Origin: Blastocystis sp. Blastoise | Lineage: Eukaryota; Protista; Bigyra: Opalinata | Direction: 5' to 3' | NCBI GenBank assembly: GCA_039096225.1 | Contig: JBBPEB010000021.1 | Span: forward strand, 558,001-622,000 | Length of the DNA stretch: 64,000 nt | Part shown: piece after piece, positions 53,241 to 64,000 of the stretch | Position numbering within the stretch: position 1 is the first letter of the stretch | Layout of the letters: every line of letters starts with the position of its first letter | Program-made: the position numbers and the translations under genes | The notes under the pieces: generated by a model | The model's database searches: none | What the model was told of the DNA's origin: nothing | The model's input: the letters and a program-made list of their open reading frames with translations, nothing else

Positions 53241-53968
53241 TTTAATAAAATAATTATGTAGAGAGGGTTAATGATAAATCGGCTTAAAAAAATGGATTTT
53301 TGATGAACAGAAGTTATACGATTCTGTTTAGTTCAGTAAAGATTTCAGCTACTTTTCAAAATGGACATTTCAGTCATCTTCAGATTTATGTTTCATTTCA
53401 TTGAATTTTGATTCAAATAAAATATGTAATTTCTCATGGAAATTCTAAAGAAGTATTTGTTATTGTGACTTAAAGAATATCAGACTATTTCTATTATATT
53501 TATTTTTCACTAGCTTCTATAGGAATGTGGTTGCTTTTTTTATTTTATTTTGGTTATCAGGTTTGATGATCTTAATAAAATAAAGATTCTTATTCTAATG
53601 GGATCATTTTCTGACTGTGAATAATTTCTAAATAAAAGAAATAGAACGAAACAATGGAAATAACTAGGGTACAAACGCTTTATTTTAGAAAAAGAATACT
53701 ATGACATGAATACAAGAAAAAAAGGAAATTTATAAAAAAGAATGATTTATAAACAAGAAAAAACATTCAAATATATTCTAGACAAATATAAGTAGAATAA
53801 TCATTGACTGAGTTCATTATGAAATGAAGAAGAAATTAAAATAGCAACGCAAGCAATACCTTAATGAAGGTAAATAAATCTATTAGAATAGAAATAAATA
53901 TGTTACAAAAAAAACATAAGAATAATAAATGAAAAAAGTATATCTGAGGACTAATAACTATAGAAGAC

Positions 53969-54449
53969 TTAGTTAATCGTTTCCTTGATATATTTTACAA
54001 TTCTATTTAGAGATAAAGTATCTACAGGAATAATATGACCTGAAGGATGCGCAAGTATTTGACAATCCTAAAAATTATATATATATATTAGATATTAAAT
54101 AGAATATATAAAATATAAGATATAAAATAGAATAGAATATATAAAATAGAATATAAGATATAAAATAATTTATATACAAAGATATCATGTTTCATTGCCT
54201 CATATAATTCATTCGCTATATAGATATATATAATAACATAATAATAGATAGTTTATAATAGTATAAAAACAATAGAACATTATTAATATAGATAATGCAA
54301 ACTTATATACCAGAAGAAAAAGGAATAACTTGATCTTGTTTTCCATATATATGTAATGTAGAAATATCAGATATGAAATTAGTTGTATATAATTCTGGAT
54401 ATATCAATTTAGGTAGATTTCCACTATTTAAAATATATTTATTATAGAA

Positions 54450-54524
<75 letters not shown>

Positions 54525-54537
54525 GATAATAATAATA

Positions 54538-54574
<37 letters not shown>

Positions 54575-55066
54575 TATTATTATATAACTATTTACCTGAA
54601 TAAAATAACCATTTTAGGTTGCCAGTGTAATTCAGAGGACATTTCTTCTGATGATAATATAGATGCTAAAGCTGCACCTTGTGAAAAACCAATAATACCA
54701 TCAAATTTACGAATATCATTCAACTCAAGGTAATTAACAAGAGTTCCATGAATATAAGGAAAATTATCACGATTCGTTCCTGGCCACCAACCGCCTATAA
54801 AAAGAAAATGAATAATAAAAGTTAAAAGAAAAACAATAAATAAAATGAATACGATATTCATCTTCTACATCGCGGATAGAAGGTACTGAATGAACAAATC
54901 GATTTCCTTTCTTAAGAATTGGAGGTATGTCCACAAATGGACCATTCATAAAAGTAAATTCAATAGGTAATTTTGAACATAAATGTGACAATAGTGACAT
55001 TTTGGATTGAAACGTCTTTGCACATTGATATCTACCATGAAGACAAAGAATCCTATAGGGAGCCAT
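53969..55066 (-). CDS. FSH1/OVCA2-family serine hydrolase (multi-exon)
   Basis: RILCLHGRYQ, DGIIGFSQGAALA, LHIYGKQDQVIP, HPSGHIIP. Confidence 0.9.
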
Positions 55067-55537
55067 GAGAAATAAAACTTTAATTAAAAGGAAATAAAAA
55101 ATAGAGAGAAAAGTAGTTTATTAAAACAAATAAAAAATGAGTAGTCTTCTTTTATATTTTTCACCTTTTTGATGATTTCTTTGTTTTTTGACAAAATATT
55201 GGACGATCTTTTTGATTTCTCGTCTTTTTATGGGAGTCGTATATGTGTTTATCTTTCGCGTCAATGGTTGGCTTTTGCTGTCATATGACACTTCTTATTG
55301 GCTATTCTTTCTAATCATAAAGACAGTCTTATATTCAGTTTCTATTACTCTTTTCCTGATTTGAAACGTTTTATAAAGCTGACTTTTTACATATACATAA
55401 ATAGAAATCATGAAAGAAAAAGATATAGTGATATTGTGAATCTCAATTTGTATCTTTTTAAATCACACTTTTTGTTTCTTTTATAGTCGACAAACTTAAT
55501 GAGAATATTTTCCAATAAGAATAATAAAAATGAATTG

Positions 55538-55568
<31 letters not shown>

Positions 55569-55580
55569 GCGTAAAAAATG

Positions 55581-55653
55581 TGCGGGTTGTGAGGATCGAA
55601 CTCACGACCTTAGGATTATGAGACCTACGCTCTTCCATCTGAGCTAAACCCGC
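55581..55653 (-). tRNA. tRNA-Met(CAT), elongator type
   Basis: GCGGGTT acceptor, TAGCTCAGATGGAAGAGC D-arm, anticodon loop CTCATAA, GTTCGAT T-loop, followed by a T6 terminator. Confidence 0.96.
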
Positions 55654-56071
55654 TATATAATTCCTGTTGAATATTAGAGTTTATGAATCTAGATAGATTG
55701 TTTTCATTTTCTCTTTGATAACTTATGTATGGAAGATTAAAATACTATTATAAGTATGTATTCATTCAGATATAAACGTTTAGATGTGTATTATTATTGA
55801 AACTTAGTGAAAAGATTATCTATCAATTTTGTAATAAGCATATGAATCAGTTACCATTCTCAGAATTACATCCAATGTATTTTTGTCATCGCTATATCCT
55901 TCTAAAACACTTCAATATTATGAAAAAGAAATAAAAATGAATAATTTGAAAAAATGGTTATAAATATCATTATATTCGCGATAAAATTTGGTTTAAAAAA
56001 ATATACAAAAATTCGTTAGTTTAAATACAAAAAGTAGTTTTTAAGCTTATTCCTTCTTTGTATCGATCATA

Positions 56072-57756
56072 ATGAGTGATAATAGTGAGAGTTCTGATTT
56101 GGATATTCCTTTCGGTAGAGATTCGAATACAAGCACAAATGATATAAAGAATAACGCAGGAGGTCTTTTTGATTCTGAAGATGAAATAGAGGATGATCTA
56201 GACAATATAGATGATCCAGTACCAGTAGCTAGTGACAATGAGACTTCTAAACATGACGGTGAAGAAGAAGAGAATCATTCAAATACAGAAATTGATCAGC
56301 AATCTTCAGTAAAGCATGATTTTGGACTTGATTTAGATGAAAGTGATGGATTAGATGGTGATATTGATAAAAACGATTCTGAAAATGAATTATCTGATTT
56401 AAATCAGGATACTACTACAGATGCGAAAGGTCAATTTATGGATATTAACGATCATCCTCAGCATTTCTTATTACAAGAATATAATACACCTAAAGATCAA
56501 GCGGTATATATATTATTATTATTTTATTTTATATAAGTTCTATATAGAACTATTATGTTTATTGTATATGATTCTAAATTATAGATATTATTATTGTTAT
56601 ATTTTATTTTATCAAAGATTTAATATATTGATATCCTATGTATTATATACAATTATTTAATGTATACATATGATGATAATTATATCTATATATAGTTAAG
56701 TATGTTAAAATTAGGTAGTAATTTTGGTTTTATTCATAAACCCTTTGATCCTGTATTATATGATGTTAAAGAAGAAGAAGAACAATTGAAAAGTATATAT
56801 AGATTAAATAGAGAAGACTGCTTATTAAGATGGAGATGGAAACGTAATGAAAATGGAGAAATTGTAAATAGTTTTTGTTATTTATATTGTTATTTATTGT
56901 TTATTATTTTATTGTTATTTATTTATTATTTTATTATTTTATTTATTTGATTATTTTATTTCTTTTTATTATTTTTATTATTTTATTATTTTATTTGTTT
57001 TTATTATTTTATTTATTTGATTATTATTAAAATATAGAGTTGTATTATTTATATTTACATATATATACGTTTTTAATGATTAAAGTTATATCATTATATA
57101 TAGTTTTTTTTATACTTATTATATATATAGGTATATGACGCATCAGGTATCCCCCAGAGAGAAAGTAACGCTCATATAGTACAATGGGAAGATGGTACAT
57201 ATCACATGTTTGTGGGTGACAGTATTATTGGATTGGATATCGTTAAAGAAGATAGCCAATCACAATGTGTTCTTATTCCTCATGTATATATATATTCATA
57301 TATTACTATTCTTATTATTCATTTTATGTTTAAAATTATATATATATATTTGTAGAAAGCAGAAGATTCTTATGTTCATGGAAGATGTATATACTATTAA
57401 TATATATAAATAATAATTTTTATTTTTATCAAACTATTAAGAGTATACTATACTATATATATATATAGTTGAAAATATGTATGAGTCACATGGTATAATA
57501 GCAAATAAGATTCTTCCTCATACTATATCTATTACACATAAGAATTATAATCGTAATGTAAGCACTAGTCATACTTCAGAAGGAGCTTCGGTATTACCTG
57601 ACTATATTGTTCCTGAAGAAAATAAGACTACTGCTAAGAAGCCTCGTACAAAGCGTGTAAATAAAGCGATTGATGCGGAATTCATGGAAGAAGATCTGGA
57701 AAATGGAGATATTGGCGCTATTAAGAGAGACGCTAAACGTAAGAAGCAAGAAGCTA

Positions 57757-57819
<63 letters not shown>

Positions 57820-58153
57820 AAAGTTGATATTTATATTTCTTTTAAAATCAATATATATATATATTTTAAAATAATTTTTATTTTTTTTAACTATTAAAAA
57901 GATATTATATCAATTTTTAATTTTATTAAAAATAATCATTCTCATTACTATAATAATATAATAAATATAATATAATAATAAATATAATATAATAATGAAT
58001 ATAATATAATAATATATATATATAGAACAAACTCGTCGTAATAGTGATGATTATGAAGATGAAGATGAAGAGAGTATACAATATGAACAAGAGGGAGATG
58101 ATGAAGAAGAAGAACAAGCTTATAATTACGGGGATGATGAAGATGATGAATAA
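56072..58153 (+). CDS. LEO1: PAF1 complex subunit Leo1 (multi-exon)
   Basis: Acidic termini; FIHKPFDP, LLRWRW, RESNAHIVQWEDGTYHMFVG. Confidence 0.88.
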
Positions 58154-59163
58154 TCATCATCATAAAAATCTACTCAATAATCTATAACATAATATCATAT
58201 ATATAAAAATATATATGTTTTCAATTATTCTTATCCTATTTTAATGATTGCTAATTTTACAGAAAATTTCAAACAACCAAAATATTCTTGTCTATATTCT
58301 ATGTATATACTATTTTTTTTCAATCTTTTCTTTTTGCTTCTTTTGTTTTGTTTGTTGAGTAGAAAGTTATTAGATTCTAAAGAAGAATCTTCATATTTAT
58401 ACTATTATTCTTGTCAATAAAAAGAAATTAAGCAAAAAGAAACCAATTTACTTGTAATGAAACGAAATTACCAAAAATAAGTTTTCATTTTAATCATATA
58501 TTTATGTATATGCATTTATTAAATTTAAAAATATGAATTTGTCAAACATCATAAGCACAAAATTGATAATAATACTCATAAATTCTAAAAATACCCATAA
58601 ACTTCTAGATAGCAGCGTGAATGCAATACTATACATAAAATTTCATTTGAAACTCTATATTTAAAAGAACCTCTATATAAACTACATAAAATCATTTTCT
58701 ATGTAAGTTTTATTACATAAAAAAATGAAGATATCACAAGAAAACATGAATAATTATCATAATTAATCTTCATAGCAACTTAATTATAATATATACATTC
58801 TAATCATAATAAAAATAACCTATCTTTCATTAAAAATCAATTGAAGAGTCATAATCAGAAAAAAATGAATATCGTAAAAGATTCAAAAAATTGATGAAAG
58901 CATTAAACAATGATCTAATCCTATAAAACTCTGTTCATTATACTTAATTCAATGAATTCCAAACAAAAACTTGAATCATTTATTCTACAATTGTATAGTC
59001 ATGTAAATATAATATTTAATGGTGAATCTCTTAAATTTCCCACGATTCACCTAGTTTCCAGGAAAGAGTCGAAGAAAAGTTCTAAAAAAATGAAAAGAAT
59101 TTTTTACTATACTCCCTTATATTAAAGAGTTTAGATAATTGAATTAATATATATAAACAAAAT

Positions 59164-61676
59164 ATGGAAGTTGAATCTGAAGTAAAACCAACTATCGAAA
59201 ATGTATATTAAAATCATGTTCTTTTCATGGATTGTTTCTTGTGTTATAGAAGATTGATAATGAATCAGTTGATGTTAGTGTTGAAATTGAAACTGTATAT
59301 ATTATTTTAGTCATTTATACTGAAACTCCTCTAGGATAAAAATGTTATTCGTGATCATGCAAATGAAAGTTTAATTCATAATCTAGAAGTTCAATGTGCT
59401 GATTATCTGATAGAAAACAAATCGATTGATATGCTTCCTCAATTATCTGCACTTGAAAAAGATAATATTCCTAAAATCTGTCCTTATTTATTACGTATTT
59501 CTTCTTTTATTGATGATTCTGAAACCAAAGAACAACTTTATGAAGTATTTTTTTATTATTTATTATTTATATATTCTTTTTATTATTTATTCTTTTTATT
59601 ATTTATTATTTTTATATTATATATTTATTAAATAGATTACTTATGAATTATATATTAAATATAAATTCTATTATGAAGCTATGATTGTAGCCTTAAAAAT
59701 AGATAGCGATGAAAAAATATCTCAAATGTATATATTATTATATTTATTATGTGTATTATTTAATTATTATTATAAATGATTTTCTTTTGTATTGTTATTT
59801 AATTATTATTATTGTTTTTATTATATTATTATTATGTATAATTTAATTATTATATATATATGTATATATAGTTTTGAGTTTTGTAAGGATCCCTTGATGA
59901 TTAAACAATTATGTATATTACTAAGTCGACAACATTACTATGCATTCCATAGAGAAGAAGTATATATATATATATAATATTATGATTACAATGTATAATA
60001 CCTATATATATATAATATATAATATATATACCTATATATATAGTATGAATCTTTACTACGTAATTATAATTTATCCTCTATATATCAAACGGTTGCTGAA
60101 GAATTAGGAGTTAAAGAAGCTAAAACTCCCAAGGAAATATATAAATTTGAACCTCCTAATGGTTATACTATATCTTATGAAGGTGATTGTTATGTAAATG
60201 CTATCATAAATGCTGGTCATTGTAAGGATCGTTTTTCGATGGATGTTGCTGGTGAAACAATGTCTGGAATTCCCGCGGGAAAAGACCTCAAAACAATAGA
60301 TCTCTTTGAAGCTGCCGCTGGTCTTGGTGCTATTTATATGTGGAATATATATGATGGTTTGAATGTTCTCTCTCCTCTTCTTCATTCTTCTTCAGCATAT
60401 ACGGCTATTGGCGCTATTCTGGGAGTTGGTATCTGCTCTTCCCAAGTCTATATTGAAGATGAAGATATATCCATATATATATAACATAATAATAATTGAT
60501 AATAGTAATAATAACTATAATAATAATAATAATATATTTCTTTAATACTATTTTACCTTCCTCTCAATCTTTTATATTCATTTTTGAAGACAGTTCCGGA
60601 AGCAAATGCTAAAGATATAGATATCGATAAATACTGTTCCAGTCTTCTCGCTATCGGATTGGCTTATGCTGGAACACAAAGAGAAGATATCAAAGATCTT
60701 GTAATTTCTTCTTTAGAACATTCTAGTGATACTGTATATATATATTGTTTTTTTTTTAATAATTAAATTCTATTTATGTAAATAAAATTTACATTATATA
60801 TATATATATATATATAGGTAATAATGTGTTCTATGCTATGTATAGCTTTATTATATGTCGGTCATCCAGAAATTGAGGTCGTATCCTCTTTATTACAAAC
60901 GGCTGGGGGATTAACAGAAACACAAATGAAGGCGCCATTAGGTATTATGGCGGGATTAGCTTTAGCACTTGTTTTTATGGTATATATATATATATTTTAT
61001 GATTTAAATACATTTACATTATTTGTTTTTTTTTATTTACATCAAATCAATTTCATAAATATATATATATAATATATATTATATATTAATATAGAATTCT
61101 CGTAATCAATATGAAGATCTCTTTCTTCCTTTAATTACCGCGTTTGATCTCCCGCCATTATATTTATCCTATGTCTCTATATGTGTACGTTCTATGTGTT
61201 ATTTTGGTACAGGAGATATGAATATTATTCAAGAATTCCTTATTATTTTAAGTGATATGATTCCTAAAGAAGAAGATGGTATATATATAGTATTATATTT
61301 ATATTATTTATACACTATATAATATAAACTATATATTATTTATATGTTATATACTATATATTATATATATGTTATATGCTATATACTATTTATATGTTAT
61401 ATGTTATATGTTATATACTATATACTATATACTATATAGCTTTAGCTCAGAAGGCTTGTGTATTTGGTTTGGTATTCTTATGTATGGGTGAACCATTATC
61501 AACAAAGATGGTCTATAGACAACTTGAACTATTAATCACTCTCTCCTCTCCTCCTGTTAAGTATTGTTATATTGTTATATTGTTATATTGTTATATTGTT
61601 ATATTCTTATTTAGTTATATTTATATATTTTTATTTTAATGAAATATCTATTATGATTCTATTATTGAATTCTATA

Positions 61677-61713
<37 letters not shown>

Positions 61714-62821
61714 ACATAGTACCTCTTGCATATGCCCTTCTTTCTCCTTCTTCTCCTAATCCTTCTCTTATGGATATTATCATCAGAAAAACCGCGGGAA
61801 TCGACAGAGAAAAAGTATTTATATATATATTTTTTTAAAAGATATATATATTCTTTTATTACTACTTTGATAAATGATTATTATACTTATTATATTCTAC
61901 TTATTATTCTACTTATTATTTTATTACTCATTTATTATACATATTATTATACATATATAGCCTCTTCCTGAAGCGAAGCCTGCCTTATTTGCTTTAGGAT
62001 TAATGGGCGCGGGAACAAATGCCGCCAAAATATCAAATCATTTACGTAATTTAATGACAGTATATACAAATAAAAGAATTGATATCAAATATATTAAAAG
62101 AATTATGGGTATGGTCTATTTAGGAAAGGTATATATTATTATATATTATTATACTTATGTTTATTATTATATATTATTATAATTATTATTTATATTATTA
62201 TTTTTGATTTTTTCACTTATATGTTTTATTTATCATACATTAATAATAATAATTTATATATATAGGGATTATTATCTTTATCTCCTATTCATACAGATCG
62301 TCAATTATTATGTCCTACTTCTTTAGCTTGTTTATTATTACCTATATTCTATCAATTATGTACAATAGGTACAGTTCCTTTATATGAAAGTATGTTTTCC
62401 TATATGATGTTAGGAGCTGCTTATCCCAGTTGTGTTGCTTTATTTGATGAAAATGATAAAGTTGTGAAATCACTTGTTCGTGTTGGTCAAGCTGTATTTA
62501 TTTAATTATATACATATATCTTTACTATATATTAAATTAAATTCTCTTTATATCTCTTGTACTAAAATAATTTCAGTTATTTATTATTAAAATATCACCC
62601 TATTCTTTATGAATTTAAACTATATTTATTTATAGGTTGATATCACAGGTGTTGCTGGTAACCCAAGACCTATTTCTGGATTCCAAACCAATGAAGCTCC
62701 TCTTCTCATGAACAGTGATGAACGAGCCATCATAGTAGACAATCAAGGTATTCAAGGAATGACTGCATATTTAGAAGGTATTTGCTATGTAAAGAGTGTA
62801 GATACAAATCCTAAAAACTAA
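59164..62821 (+). CDS. RPN1: 26S proteasome regulatory subunit Rpn1/PSMD2, divergent (multi-exon)
   Basis: HNLEVQCADYLIE, KTPKEIYK, AAAGLGAIYMWN, IGLAYAGTQRED, ALGLMGAGTNAAK, VRVGQAVDITGVAGNPRPISGFQT. Confidence 0.9.
60467..60556 (+). other. U12-type AT-AC intron in RPN1
   Basis: 5' ATATCCAT, branch-like TTCTTTAAT, 3' TTTTAC; splicing gives in-frame EDED-LPLNLLYSFL. Confidence 0.8.
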
Positions 62822-63365
62822 AAAAAATGATCTTCGTTTAACATTTGGTCATTCGTCTTTTTTTATTTTGTTTTTTATAGCTATAATTTCAAATTTGTTT
62901 TGTTCTTATAGTGAGTATAAATATATTATTGTAAAATATATAACGTATATATTTTGAAAAAGAGAAAAACGAAAAATTAAAATAATTGATGACAGTATCT
63001 TCTCTTTTTTTTTTTGGATTTTCTTCCCAATCAATCGAATTCTTTTGTTCTTCATTAGACATCTGTTATAATTACCCTTGAAAAACATGATTTCCCGCGG
63101 AAGTTATCGAGTGATCTGGGGATTCATTTTTCTTCTTTGAAAACGAATTTAGTAGCTGAAGAGAAATATCTTTTCTAGTCGTTATCTTCTTTTTACAAAT
63201 GGTTCTTTTCCAATAAAGATAATAGAGTAACTTTATTACTTACATACTTTAATTATTCAGATGTATTTATTTATATAATTTTCTTATTGTGATCTTTTAT
63301 AGTAAGTGTGAAATCGTTACAATTGTGTTATTTTTGGGATTGTTGATTGTATTGCTGAAGAATCC

Positions 63366-64000
63366 ATGAATCGTAACCAATCTAATGATAGTAAAATACA
63401 AGAAAACTTTGAAAAGATCAAAACTGATAAACTATCAATTGATATGTTTGATTTAGTCAAATGTATTGGACATGGAGCCTACGGGGAAGTAATTCTATTT
63501 AATCATAATACCACTTATATTAATCTTATGTATATTTATATATTTATAGGTTTGGCTAGCGCAAAAGAAACAAAATAATGTTGTATTTGCTATTAAAGTG
63601 ATTAATAAACGAAATGTGATCAAAAGCAATACAATCAAACAAATTCTAACAGAAAAAGAAATCATGCAGGTACGCGCTGATGTTTTTTTATCGTTGACTT
63701 TTTCTATTTGATATCTTTTGCTAAATGTGATGGATATTATTATAACTAATTATATATATATATATAGACTGTGAAGAATCCATTTATTGTTCGATTACGT
63801 TATGCGTTTCAAGATAAAACTCATTTATATTTCGTTCAAGATTATTATAGCGGTGGTGATTTATTTACACTAGTGGAAAAACAACGTTATTACCGATTCT
63901 CTGAAGATCATGCTAAATTTTATATATCTTTATTGTTATTATTATTTTTAAAAATTGTATTCTGTATCTATTTATAATTTCTTAATGAATCTGAACGCTG
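63366..64000 (+). CDS. AGC-family Ser/Thr kinase (3'-partial, multi-exon)
   Basis: IGHGAYGEV-WLA, FAIKVI, ILTEKEIM, NPFIVRLRYAFQDKTHLYFVQDYYSGGDLF, AKFY-A. Confidence 0.92.
63924..63996 (+). other. U12-type AT-AC intron in the AGC kinase
   Basis: 5' ATATCTTT, branch-like TTTCTTAAT (63978-63986), 3' GAAC; splicing gives AKFY-A, matching the ARFYAAE consensus. Confidence 0.75.

Noticed and set aside
57739-58025. Apparent AT-AG intron in LEO1 (AAAA/ATATATAT)
   Set aside because: A canonical GTAAG donor at 57739 has the same phase and explains the join.

Overview
This is very AT-rich eukaryotic DNA with short introns edged by (TA)n/(AAT)n tracts. TGTTTGTT motifs downstream of several genes suggest a Blastocystis-like stramenopile (inference). 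Bases ~1-26,250 are a nest of mobile elements. A spliced CACTA/EnSpm-type DDE transposase gene (minus strand, 23782 to ~4434, head-to-head with an ORF2 at 23913-25423) is interrupted by two Helitrons whose ends map to the base. One is a complete 11,157-bp autonomous Helitron (10833-21989) in an intron; the other is a 4,101-bp non-coding Helitron (4537-8637) in the last exon. Left of this is a tyrosine-recombinase unit: an intronless viral-type recombinase (2501-3436), ten perfectly phased nGAAn heat-shock pentamers 88 nt upstream of its ATG, repeated TGAT(C/T)A motifs and a ~120-nt GC-rich imperfect hairpin. A third Helitron (3' end at 2169) abuts this unit. The RepHel gene of the complete Helitron is predicted to begin with an array of 12 symmetric phase-1 micro-exons, followed by a hairpin-masked alternative stop exon and a ~330-nt multi-stem intronic structure. 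Bases ~26,760-64,000 hold ordinary host genes: LAS1, APC2, a STELLO-like glycosyltransferase, a GH27 alpha-galactosidase, PRP8, Asterix, a cold-shock protein, SSUH2-like, FSH1/OVCA2, tRNA-Met, LEO1, RPN1 and an AGC kinase. Two of their introns are U12-type AT-AC and one is apparently GT-AC. All gene models were spliced by eye and no database searches were run.
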